DNA from: Candidatus Falkowbacteria bacterium RIFOXYC2_FULL_36_12 | Lineage (GTDB): Bacteria > Patescibacteriota > Patescibacteriia > UBA11705 | NCBI GenBank assembly: GCA_001778235.1 | Contig: MFGJ01000001.1 | Location: 69,302 to 133,301 of the forward strand | Reading direction: 5' to 3' | Length of the DNA: 64,000 bases | Shown: positions 32,201-41,390 of the stretch, one piece after another | Position numbering within the stretch: position 1 is the first letter of the stretch | How the letters are laid out: every line of letters begins with the position of its first letter | Notes under the pieces: generated by a model | Seen by the model: the letters and a program-made list of their open reading frames with translations, nothing else | What the model was told of the DNA's origin: nothing | The model's database searches: none | Position numbers and translations under genes: made by a program

Positions 32201-33085
32201 TTACTGTGCGTCACCTGGAACAATATCTTCAACCTTGATAATCAAATCAAAAGTAGAAATAATGCTCTCAAAATCCTTGCGATAAGTCATGTAGTCTGGC
32301 AGGGTTTTATCAAGAAGATTGAATGTTGCTCTCAAAATTCGATTTTCAGTCAAGATCAGAATGGTCGGGATCTCATTGTCCTTGTCATCAAGATCAATAA
32401 AATAGAGCATTTTGCCATAAGTGAAATCTTTCTGATCAAGTAAATTCAATTCCTTGAAAATACTATATTTTTCATCAAGACTCAAACCAGCAAAATCAAT
32501 GTAATCATCTTTTATGGTAATGGCCTGAACAAAATTTGGAGTTTCCTTTGGTTGGAGGACTATTTCATACTGCAAGCGACTGGCAACTTTGGTGGCATCA
32601 GGCTCTGAAGTTGCTTCCGCAGTAGTAGCAGGCTGATCAGCGTTCAACTGCTTAGCCCTGACCACTTCCCAATTCTCTGGGAATTGCAACCGCATTCTTG
32701 CTTGATCATTGTTGTAAACCAACCAAGTTGAGACATCCAAATCTCGAGGTAATTTGCGATTGTTATCAAAAAAGTTTATCAAGAGCTCTTGATTGTCTTT
32801 TTCCAAGGTTTTAGCCTTGTCAACCAATTCGGTAATCTGATTCTTTAGATTTTCGACCTGTGTTTCCAAGGCAACTGTTTTGTCTGAACCACCTTTTTGC
32901 AATTCAGATAGTTTGTCTTTGGTATAACCAAAAACAATCCCAATTAAGCCTAATATCACAATGGCAACAACTGCCAAAGTAAAAAGAGAAACATTGTCGT
33001 TTCCCCCCCTAGACTTTGTTTTTGTCGATGTTGTAGACTTGACTTCCTCCTTCTCATCAAGCTCTTGCTTCTTTCTTGGTGACAT
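32201..33085 (-). CDS. Membrane-anchored coiled-coil hypothetical protein
   Basis: Single TM, coiled coil, WLVY...LQFPENW (PsbP-like start); SD-less leader. Confidence 0.75.
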   Translation of the reverse strand: MSPRKKQELDEKEEVKSTTSTKTKSRGGNDNVSLFTLAVVAIVILGLIGIVFGYTKDKLSELQKGGSDKTVALETQVENLKNQITELVDKAKTLEKDNQELLINFFDNNRKLPRDLDVSTWLVYNNDQARMRLQFPENWEVVRAKQLNADQPATTAEATSEPDATKVASRLQYEIVLQPKETPNFVQAITIKDDYIDFAGLSLDEKYSIFKELNLLDQKDFTYGKMLYFIDLDDKDNEIPTILILTENRILRATFNLLDKTLPDYMTYRKDFESIISTFDLIIKVEDIVPGDAQ

Positions 33086-33246
33086 AATTTTTTTGCATTT
33101 ACTATCTTATGAACTATATTTTACCTTATCCAATAAATATCGCAAATTAGTTATATACAGGCAAATTTTCAACTTTTATTTGGCTTTAGCGTGAAAATAG
33201 GATAAAATTGATAATATCAGGATGATCTATCAACTAAAATAAATAT

Positions 33247-35001
33247 ATGAGTTCTATTGAAGAATTATTAAAAGATCCAGCAAAATTAAAATCAGGTCAA
33301 GTCAGTGATTCAACTACCAATGATGGGGGAAAAACAAGTATAAAGATAGAAGAAGTTTCAACAAAACAAAAGCTGGAGAAAAAAATGAAAGAAATTTCAA
33401 TCAAAGAAACTGAAAGCAGTGCAAAATCAATTGCGACATCTTCTGGAGTGCCATACATTGATCTGATTGGATTTCCGATCAGCCAAGAGACGATCGCTAT
33501 TATTCCAAAAGATAAATCAATATCCATGAGGGTTATTTGTTTCCTTTATATTGGAGAGGAAATGAGAATTGGGACTACTGAACCAGAGAATGAGGAAATA
33601 AAAGAATACGCATATCAACTTGGAGAAAATAACCGAGCAAAGGTGGAAATTTATAAAATTTCAGAGAATAGCCTGAAGGAAGCACAAAAAGTCTATGATA
33701 AGATTCCTGTTCGGGCAAAAAAGATTGAGGGAGTAAGTGTGTCAGAAGAAGATTTAAATAAATATACAGATATTGGCCGTGATTTCAAAAAATTAAACGA
33801 AACTGTAAAGAAAACTAATATTTCTGACATGGTTTCATTGGTTATTGCGGCGGCGCTCGAATCAGGTTCATCTGATATTCATATTGAAGCAGAAGAAAAA
33901 GATGTAAAAATCCGTTTACGAGTTGACGGGATACTGCATGATGCAGCGGAAATTGAAAAAGATAAATGGTCAAAAATTATTTCCCGTATTAAATTACTTG
34001 CAGGACTAAAAATTAATATTTCGGATAAACCACAGGATGGCAGATTTAGCATTGCAACCAAGGAAGATAAAATTGATGTCAGAACTTCAACCCTGCCAAC
34101 TGCTTATGGTGAAAGCGTGGTGATGAGAATTTTGAATTCCTCTGCCGCGGGAGTTGACTTTGATAAGCTGGGATTGATAGGATTGGCAGCCAAACGGCTT
34201 GAAGAACAGATGGCTAGACCAAATGGGATGATTATAACCACTGGTCCGACCGGTTCTGGTAAGACAACCACTTTGTACTCAATTTTATTTCAATTAAACA
34301 AAGAAGGAACTAAAATAATTACCCTTGAAGATCCAATTGAATATAAACTAAAAGGGATTAATCAAAGTCAAATTGATCATAGCAAACACTATTCATTCGC
34401 TGATGGCTTGAGATCAATTTTGAGACAAGACCCAGATATTGTGATGGTAGGTGAAATGAGGGATAAGGAAACTGCTGATGTTGCGGTAAACGCTGCCTTG
34501 ACCGGTCATTTGGTTCTATCTACTATTCATACAAATAATGCGGCTGGCGCTATCCCAAGGTTTTTAGCCATGGGAGTGAAAGGATTTTTGTTGGCTCCTG
34601 CAATAAACGCGGTTATGGGACAAAGATTGGTTAGAAGAATCTGCCAAGATTGTAAGATAGAATATGAAGCAAAACCTGAAGAATTAGAAAACGCAAAAAA
34701 AATCCTAGAATCCATTCCCGAAGGTCATCCTGATCGGCCTGATTTATCAAATTTGCAGTTCTATACTGGTAAAGGCTGTGAAAAGTGTAATGAGATGAAA
34801 TATAAAGGTAGAGTCGGTATTTATGAAATCATGGTAATGAATAAAGAAATCGAACAGGTAATTTTATCAGAAAAACTGTCTGTCACCCAAATGGAAGAGC
34901 TGGCAATAAAAAATCAAATGCTGACCATGGCACAGGATGGATTGATCAAGGCGATGAAGGGAATGACTACGCTTGAAGAGGTGTTTAGGGTGAGTGAGTA
35001 A
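33247..35001 (+). CDS. Type IV pilus/T2SS assembly ATPase (PilB/GspE family)
   Basis: SDIHIE, PQDGRF, GPTGSGKTTT, EDPIEY, LRQDPD, GHLVLSTIHTN, CxxC..CxxC. Confidence 0.95.
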   Translation: MSSIEELLKDPAKLKSGQVSDSTTNDGGKTSIKIEEVSTKQKLEKKMKEISIKETESSAKSIATSSGVPYIDLIGFPISQETIAIIPKDKSISMRVICFLYIGEEMRIGTTEPENEEIKEYAYQLGENNRAKVEIYKISENSLKEAQKVYDKIPVRAKKIEGVSVSEEDLNKYTDIGRDFKKLNETVKKTNISDMVSLVIAAALESGSSDIHIEAEEKDVKIRLRVDGILHDAAEIEKDKWSKIISRIKLLAGLKINISDKPQDGRFSIATKEDKIDVRTSTLPTAYGESVVMRILNSSAAGVDFDKLGLIGLAAKRLEEQMARPNGMIITTGPTGSGKTTTLYSILFQLNKEGTKIITLEDPIEYKLKGINQSQIDHSKHYSFADGLRSILRQDPDIVMVGEMRDKETADVAVNAALTGHLVLSTIHTNNAAGAIPRFLAMGVKGFLLAPAINAVMGQRLVRRICQDCKIEYEAKPEELENAKKILESIPEGHPDRPDLSNLQFYTGKGCEKCNEMKYKGRVGIYEIMVMNKEIEQVILSEKLSVTQMEELAIKNQMLTMAQDGLIKAMKGMTTLEEVFRVSE

Positions 35002-35154
35002 ATTAAAGTAGAAGGTAATTGTAAGTTTAATTTTTGTTTGAGTTGACTTTTTTACTCCACAGATTAGAATCATAACACTATCATAAAACCTAAATACTCA
35101 TATTTCATACTCCTTTTATTCACTTATTATAGCGGATATTAAATACCTAGAATA

Positions 35155-35187
35155 CAAACTTCGCATAAGGCGTAGCCCATTTTGCGA
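35155..35187 (+). repeat. Partial attC (3' half)
   Basis: caaacttcgcataaggcgtagcccattttgcga resembles the 3' arm of the next attC (gcaacttcgcattaggcgcagccattatacg). Confidence 0.55.
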
Positions 35188-35305
35188 AATTTACTTTTTC
35201 TTTTCGCTACGGCGGACGCATTTCTGTAATGAATAAATTGAATTATTTATTTTAAAGAGGGGGAATAAGGAAGAAAACTTTATTAATTTATTATCAAACA
35301 AAAAC

Positions 35306-35881
35306 ATGGCCAAAAGTATATTTATATTCATTTCTGGTTTTGGTGCTACTGGGAAATCTACACTTGGGAAAATTATTTCTGAAAAATTCAATATTCCAAA
35401 CATCGGCAATGATGAAATTAAAGAAATTATTTGGTCTCAAATAGGCTGGGAACATGATAAATCCGAATGGGATAAAGTGGGCAAAATGGCATTTGAATTT
35501 ACCTATTATTTTGTTAATGCCTCCCTGTCCAAAGGGAAAAGCATTATTGCAGAAGCTAATTTCCAGCCAGATAAAAACAATGAGAGATTGAATGAACTGA
35601 AACAGAAATATGGTTGTAAATTGTTACAGATTCATTGTAAAGCCGACAGAGAGGTTATTGTTAATAGGTATAAGGAAAGGTTGGCATCTGAAGATTTTCA
35701 TACTGGGCGTAAGCATGCCATAAAAAATATTTTTGGAGAAGAAAAATTTCTATCGAAAATTGGTATTGGTAGTAGAGTTCTAGATATTGAAGGTGAGACG
35801 CTTGAGATTGATACATCAAATCCAAACACAGTCAACTATGAAGAAATATTTAAATTTATAGAAAAAAATATTAAGGAATAA
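35306..35881 (+). CDS. P-loop kinase-like protein (AAA_33/nucleotide-kinase fold), cassette 1
   Basis: IFISGFGATGKST, DEIKE, SIIAEANF, R..ER lid, LEIDTS. Confidence 0.8.
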   Translation: MAKSIFIFISGFGATGKSTLGKIISEKFNIPNIGNDEIKEIIWSQIGWEHDKSEWDKVGKMAFEFTYYFVNASLSKGKSIIAEANFQPDKNNERLNELKQKYGCKLLQIHCKADREVIVNRYKERLASEDFHTGRKHAIKNIFGEEKFLSKIGIGSRVLDIEGETLEIDTSNPNTVNYEEIFKFIEKNIKE

Positions 35882-35935
35882 GAAAAGAATAAGGAGTCTT
35901 TGTTTTTTGGAACTTCCCGCCTCAGGCGGACAAGC

Positions 35936-36017
35936 GCACAACAGCGCCTATACGAAATTGCCTGTCGGATAGCTCCGCTACCCGTCCGCAACTTCGCATT
36001 AGGCGCAGCCATTATAC
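35936..36017 (+). repeat. attC site
   Basis: R'' GCACAAC, arm gcgcctatacgaaattgc pairing with gcaacttcgcattaggcgc, R' ATTATAC (non-canonical first base). Confidence 0.75.
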
Positions 36018-36175
36018 GCAATTCAAAAAATATTTTTCTTTTAATTTACGGATCTTTTGATAGGCTTTAATAAGGAATAAATTTGATTTTTTTTTTGATT
36101 AGAGGGGAAATAAAGTGTTTTCTCCGCTATCGCACCGAAAACTATTTATAATAACAGATACTTAACTAAGTTTAT

Positions 36176-37096
36176 ATGAACAATTTACTAGAAATACAAT
36201 CTTTAAACAAAACGCAGCTTACCGCCTTAATCAACAGATCAATAGATTTTAGTAAAAACAAAAAACAGCAATTATTAAAGAATAAACGCTTAGCTCTATT
36301 GTTTTCAGAGGTCTCTTTGAGAACCAAAATGTCGTTTAAAATTGGAATGCAATTATTAGGCGGTATTGCCACAACTGTCTCAATTCCGCACTTAACAAAA
36401 GAATTTGACGGAACAAATAGAGAGGATTTCTTAGATATTTTAAAATCACTGGAAGGTTGGGTAGATGCTTTTGTAATAAGAGATTACACAGGAAAATTAT
36501 TAGAAATGTCATTAAAACATACTAATTTACCTATAATCGATGGCTTTTGCGGTCTTAATCACCCCACACAAACTATTGCAGATCTGGCTATTATTCAAAA
36601 AGAATTTAAAAAAATCAAAAATCTTAAAATATGCTGTGTCTGTCCTCCATTTGGTAGCGGTGTTATGGAATCCTTTGCATACGGTGGGATTATAATGGGG
36701 GCGGATATATATTTCTTGACTCCAGAAAGCAAATATAGTTCTAAAAACAAAAGTTTCAATAAAAAGATTAAAGCATTGGGGAAAAAATGGGGCGGAAAGT
36801 TGACCATAACAACTGATATAAAAGTAGCATTATCAGATGCAAAAATCTTATATGTTGACGAGTGGTGGAAAAATACTAAAAACTTTTTGGATATTAAACT
36901 TGGTAAACTCAAAGTTGACAATGCTTTTTTGCAAAATGCTCTCCCAAATATTAAAATAATGCATTATTTACCAGCTCACCATGATAGAGAAATAACCAAA
37001 GAAATTTTACATTCAAAAAAATCAATAGCTTTTGAGCAAGCCGAGTTCAGATTATATTCTGCAATGGCTAGCTTGGAATATATTTTTAATAGGTAA
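36176..37096 (+). CDS. Ornithine carbamoyltransferase-like transcarbamylase (atypical), cassette 2
   Basis: LFSEVSLRTKMSF, VIRD, HPTQTIADL, YVDEW, MHYLPAH..EI, QAE.RL. Confidence 0.85.
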   Translation: MNNLLEIQSLNKTQLTALINRSIDFSKNKKQQLLKNKRLALLFSEVSLRTKMSFKIGMQLLGGIATTVSIPHLTKEFDGTNREDFLDILKSLEGWVDAFVIRDYTGKLLEMSLKHTNLPIIDGFCGLNHPTQTIADLAIIQKEFKKIKNLKICCVCPPFGSGVMESFAYGGIIMGADIYFLTPESKYSSKNKSFNKKIKALGKKWGGKLTITTDIKVALSDAKILYVDEWWKNTKNFLDIKLGKLKVDNAFLQNALPNIKIMHYLPAHHDREITKEILHSKKSIAFEQAEFRLYSAMASLEYIFNR

Positions 37097-37101
37097 TTTT
37101 T

Positions 37102-39042
37102 ATGTCAATTATATCCAAACCATCTTCAGTACAAATTAATGATGAAATTAGATATCAAAAGAAATTAATAAATAAATTTAGATCCTTATCTAATAAATAC
37201 TCAATAAAAATTTTAGATGAAAAATTTATTGTTTATCCGAAAGTATTTGAACCCAATTTGGATTCTGAGATACTTATAAAATCCTTAAAACATTTTAAAT
37301 TTACAAATTTTTTAGAAATCGGTGGTGGGACAGGAATTGTAAGTATTTTTGCGAGTAAATATGCAAAATCTGGGTTAGTTGTTGATATAAATAAAAATGC
37401 GATAAAAAATATTCAGGATAATATAAATTTACATAATTTAAATAAAATACTAACAGTTAATCGCGGTTCTCTTTTTGACAATGTTAGTCAAAAATATGAT
37501 CTAATTATCGCCAATCTTCCATTCATGAAAATAAAATCAGAAGATGTTGTCGCATCTGCTTTTTTTGATGAAAATCTTTCCACATGGAGTACTTTCTTAT
37601 CTCAGGCTTCAGAATATCTAACAGAAAATGGTTCCATATTGACCGTTTTACCAAATTTTTGCGCATTTGATGATATTCTTGAAATGGCTAAAAAAAATCA
37701 TTTTGAATATAAAATCATTGATTCATTAAGGGAAGATTGGAGGGAATTTACGACATTTAAATTATTTAAAAAATCAAATAAAATTTTAGTTGAACAAAGC
37801 AAGAAGATTGCAATATTCCTAAGAATAAATGCACGTAAAAAAAATAAGTATACATATGATACCATTAAAAAACCCTTTTACTTTTATGTTGACGGTTATA
37901 ATGGGAAATTACCCGTGTTTATTTTTTCATCTTTTCCATGCGCTAAATATTGCCAAGGATATTGTACACCTTGTTTATATTCAAACATAACTTGCAGCAG
38001 AGCAAAAAAAGATGAAATATATAATTCATTGATAGTACAAACACAATATATAATAGATAATTTTGACAACCTCATTACTAACAAACAGACAGACGCTGAA
38101 CACAAAAATCTCCATAAAATATATCCCGAAAATAAATTAGTCACCGCAGAGCTATGTGGCGAAGGTTCTTTTTTGGCAAACCCCGAAATACCATCTGAAT
38201 TCAGAAAAAAAATTATTGATATGTTTGTTGAATACTCTCAAAAAGAAAAGCTCAACATGCAACTATTCTTTGAATCAAAAATTTCAGATTTTCTTGAGGT
38301 TTATCAAGAATTTGAAGACCAAAAAGATTTAATTAAAAAATACAATCTTACACTTCTTTTTGGTTTTGAGGCAGTGAATGATTTCACAAGGCAGGTTCTT
38401 TATAACAAGGGCTTACAATTAAGGGACTTTGAAAAAGGAATTAAAAAAGCTCAAGAATTAGGCTTTCGCACAGGCGTTTTTGTCTTTTGCGGTGTACATT
38501 CAATGACGCAAAAAGAAATCATTGAAGACACGAAACAAACCATTGAATATTGCCGAAAGAATAATATTGCCTTTTATTTAATGTTACCAAACTTACAGCC
38601 ATTCACCCTTAATCACTTATTATTTATCAACAATAGATACAATCTGTTAGACCCAAGAACAGTTTTGGAAATAATCAAAATACTTATTGCTGACTCCGAT
38701 GGTACTGACAGTTCTTATTATTTGAACGGACATAACTGGAGCATCGGCGGCTTGACAACACACCCCCAACCAGAAATGTTTCTATTTCAAAACAAAAAAA
38801 ATATTGCTTGTGAGAAATGTTCAAATAGAATCAAAAGGATGATTTATGATCTTGCCAAAAGCTATGATACAGAAAAATTCATGGCAGAAGCAAAAAAACT
38901 GGATACTTGTAAATGCAAAAAAGACTATATTGCATTTACTGAATATGAAGAGCGAAATAAAGAAACCCTGCGGAAGCGAGTAGAAGATAATTTAACTTTT
39001 GCAATGGTAGAAAAAGAAAATTACATTAATACTTTACTATGA
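37102..39042 (+). CDS. Class I methyltransferase fused to radical SAM domain (RaSEA/Elp3-like), cassette 2
   Basis: N-term VYPKVFEP..DS, LEIGGGTG, VVDIN, DLIIANLPF; C-term CAKYCQGYCTPC, GSFLANPEIP, GFEAVND, distal CEKC..CKC. Confidence 0.8.
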   Translation: MSIISKPSSVQINDEIRYQKKLINKFRSLSNKYSIKILDEKFIVYPKVFEPNLDSEILIKSLKHFKFTNFLEIGGGTGIVSIFASKYAKSGLVVDINKNAIKNIQDNINLHNLNKILTVNRGSLFDNVSQKYDLIIANLPFMKIKSEDVVASAFFDENLSTWSTFLSQASEYLTENGSILTVLPNFCAFDDILEMAKKNHFEYKIIDSLREDWREFTTFKLFKKSNKILVEQSKKIAIFLRINARKKNKYTYDTIKKPFYFYVDGYNGKLPVFIFSSFPCAKYCQGYCTPCLYSNITCSRAKKDEIYNSLIVQTQYIIDNFDNLITNKQTDAEHKNLHKIYPENKLVTAELCGEGSFLANPEIPSEFRKKIIDMFVEYSQKEKLNMQLFFESKISDFLEVYQEFEDQKDLIKKYNLTLLFGFEAVNDFTRQVLYNKGLQLRDFEKGIKKAQELGFRTGVFVFCGVHSMTQKEIIEDTKQTIEYCRKNNIAFYLMLPNLQPFTLNHLLFINNRYNLLDPRTVLEIIKILIADSDGTDSSYYLNGHNWSIGGLTTHPQPEMFLFQNKKNIACEKCSNRIKRMIYDLAKSYDTEKFMAEAKKLDTCKCKKDYIAFTEYEERNKETLRKRVEDNLTFAMVEKENYINTLL

Positions 39043-39365
39043 TAAAAAACAATATTTGGGGATATCAATTAATCTTAGATTTTCGAAATTGTAATAAAAC
39101 TATTTTTAAAGACGAAGAAAAAATGAAAATGAAACCCTATGGACAACCATTGATTAAAGAGTTTGGCAAAGACAAACTCAAAGGATATTCAGTTTTACAA
39201 TTTATTGAAACATCATCAATTACGATTCATTTTGACAATTTTGGAAATAGAGTTTTTATTGATATTTTTAGCTGTAAAAAATTCAGTAAGCAAAGTGCTG
39301 AAAATTTTTGTAAAAAATTCTTTAACACTAACGATGTAAAGTCATATTTACTGGAAAGATATTAG
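39039..39365 (+). CDS. S-adenosylmethionine decarboxylase proenzyme-like, possibly internally deleted, cassette 2
   Basis: WGYQLILDFRNC, GYSVLQFIETSSITIHF, FIDIFSCKKF; overlaps upstream stop (ATGATAA). Confidence 0.8.
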   Translation: MIKNNIWGYQLILDFRNCNKTIFKDEEKMKMKPYGQPLIKEFGKDKLKGYSVLQFIETSSITIHFDNFGNRVFIDIFSCKKFSKQSAENFCKKFFNTNDVKSYLLERY

Positions 39366-39578
39366 TCTTTTTGCTATAACTATAAAGGCAGTAATCGTCT
39401 ACAATAGAAAAATGGTCGATCCCATCGCTTCAACATTAGACCCTGAAGAGACCGGCAAACAAATTTATTAATATTGAATAAAAAACCTATCAAAATACAG
39501 TTAATTGAAAAATATTTTTGAACTCACTCCGCTACGCTTCGTGCCACGCTGCGCTTTCCTCCCTTCGGTCGTCAGGGC

Positions 39579-39674
39579 GTATAATAAGGATTATGAGGAA
39601 AATGGCTCGGCTCGCCATTTTCCCAAATTTGATCCACTTCGTTCCGCAAACTTCTCATAATCCTAACGTTGTGC
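39579..39674 (+). repeat. attC site
   Basis: R'' GTATAAT, aggattatgagg pairs with ttctcataatcct, R' GTTGTGC. Confidence 0.75.
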
Positions 39675-39732
39675 AAAACAATAAAAAATGATATAATTAG
39701 AGGATAAAAATTTTTAATTAATTAAGTACAAT

Positions 39733-40044
39733 ATGGAAAGATTAACCAATGAAAAAAATGATGCCATACGTGCTGAGGCGCGACAAAAAGCATTAGAGGA
39801 AGCACGAGAACACGGTTTACAAGTTGGGACAACCGTTGGCTTTTATGACCTTAGAGATAGGATGAGCTATGAATTATTAGAAATTATAGGAGATACTGCA
39901 ATCATTGGATATGAAAATGAACGAGATGGTAAAGTCCGCATAGAAGCTCCCTTACAAGACCTAGTAGATGTAAACCGTGTTCTCAATATTGCTTCCGAAA
40001 TAATGGCCACTAGAAGTAGTATTAGGCCAGAGCAGTGGAATTAA
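39733..40044 (+). CDS. Hypothetical protein, cassette 3
   Basis: 103-aa ORF between two attC sites. Confidence 0.7.
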   Translation: MERLTNEKNDAIRAEARQKALEEAREHGLQVGTTVGFYDLRDRMSYELLEIIGDTAIIGYENERDGKVRIEAPLQDLVDVNRVLNIASEIMATRSSIRPEQWN

Positions 40045-40079
40045 AAATTTTTATATTTGAAAGCATTTTTTATTACAGA

Positions 40080-40196
40080 GTACAACACTGCATAGCCGGT
40101 TCGGGCTTTTTACAAAAGCCCTCACCCAAATTGTGCAGGTGTAAGCCTTCGGCTATTATACGACTGCACAACTTCGGCTATGCAGGAATGTTGTGC
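40080..40196 (+). repeat. attC site
   Basis: R'' GTACAAC, ctgcatagccg pairs with cggctatgcag, R' GTTGTGC. Confidence 0.8.
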
Positions 40197-40363
40197 AAAA
40201 CCGCTCGCACACGCTCCGCGGAACATCAGTTGAGCGCAAATATTAGTGAGTATGATGAATCAAGAAGTTTTCAGGCAAATAAGCTTGACAATGTTGCTCT
40301 AATGCTGTAAGCTGGGATGTTTGATAGAAATAGAAAACACAGCCAAAGGATAGAGGGGTAAAG

Positions 40364-40534
40364 ATGACAGGAACCAAAGTAAGAGATATTCTTAAACTTA
40401 TTGCCAAAAAAAATGCTGCAGATGATTATAAGAGACAACTTTCCGATAGAAAAACTGAAATCGTTAAATTGGGACAATTACCAGCGCAACTGGCTAGACT
40501 AAAATCTTTAAGAGATCAAAAATCGAGTGATTAG
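40364..40534 (+). CDS. Small 56-aa protein missed by ORF track
   Basis: MTGTKVRDILKLIAKKNAADDYKRQLSDRKTEIVKLGQLPAQLARLKSLRDQKSSD; TTGACA(40285)-17-TAAGCT promoter and GAGGGG SD. Confidence 0.6.
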   Translation: MTGTKVRDILKLIAKKNAADDYKRQLSDRKTEIVKLGQLPAQLARLKSLRDQKSSD

Positions 40535-41379
40535 CTTTCACCCGATTTTTTTAATCTATTGATAACTTTTTGATAGTGCATTAGAAGTATTGGAACGCTT
40601 TCTTTCGGAATATCATCTTGCCACTTTACAATATACTCAACATATTTTTCCAATTGCAAAATAAATTCATTACGAATCATGCTAGCGTATCGACGCAACC
40701 GCTTTTTATCTCCCTCGGTACTGGTTTTTCCTCGTTCTTTTTTCATTAATTCTTCAATCTGAATGGTTGTCTGTGGTGGTAATCCTAAAATAACTTTTGG
40801 CATACGAAATTTACCACAAATATCCGGGTCAGCTTCCAATTGGAAGTATTTAACTCTTTGCAAATAACCTTTTAATATTTCATCGGTAATTTTTTCCTCT
40901 TTGGCCATAATTGTCATCACTTCATCGGTTGAAGCAACATCTACGGCTAAAAATTCGTAACCATGCTTGGCATTATCATCTTCAAGTGCAAGAACAAAAT
41001 CTACTCCATTGGTAAAATCATCATGGAGAGAAGCCGGAGTAATGCAAAACTCACCAGGGAAATCACCATAATTGGCTAATAATTCCATTGAAATGTATTC
41101 AGCTATCTCACTGGTTTCGTGGTAATTCTCTTTTACCCCTGAACCGCGTCGACGAACTGAATCATAAAAAACATCTCCTACTTGATGTCTCTGCGACATT
41201 TTTCTTACTCTTTCAATATCTTTAGCAACTTTTTCTGGTTGGTAAACCCTTTGACCATCTTCATCAATTAGACCCTGGAGGTCTTTAATTCGTGGTCTAG
41301 CTGCATTCCATTCAGAGATTAACTTTTCTGTAAATGTTTCTGGCTGAAACTCCTGAAATCTTTTTTCTGCGAATGCCAT
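40531..41379 (-). CDS. Hypothetical protein, possible PD-(D/E)xK-like fold
   Basis: 282 aa downstream of tsaE; E..E..., ASLHDDFTNGVDFVL...LAVDV acidic pattern. Confidence 0.7.
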   Translation of the reverse strand: MAFAEKRFQEFQPETFTEKLISEWNAARPRIKDLQGLIDEDGQRVYQPEKVAKDIERVRKMSQRHQVGDVFYDSVRRRGSGVKENYHETSEIAEYISMELLANYGDFPGEFCITPASLHDDFTNGVDFVLALEDDNAKHGYEFLAVDVASTDEVMTIMAKEEKITDEILKGYLQRVKYFQLEADPDICGKFRMPKVILGLPPQTTIQIEELMKKERGKTSTEGDKKRLRRYASMIRNEFILQLEKYVEYIVKWQDDIPKESVPILLMHYQKVINRLKKSGES

Positions 41380-41390
41380 ATTTTTTATTT

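Larger units (their letters stand above)
35155..40196 (+). mobile_element. Integron-type gene cassette array without adjacent integrase (CALIN-like), three cassettes
   Basis: One partial and three complete attC-like imperfect palindromes, each directly downstream of co-oriented ORFs; no intI in window. Confidence 0.8.

Noticed and set aside
36176-37096. Plain argF/arcB assignment
   Set aside because: Deviant motifs and cassette context; substrate cannot be assigned from sequence.
40035-40310. 91-aa ORF
   Set aside because: Reads through the attC site; no start context.
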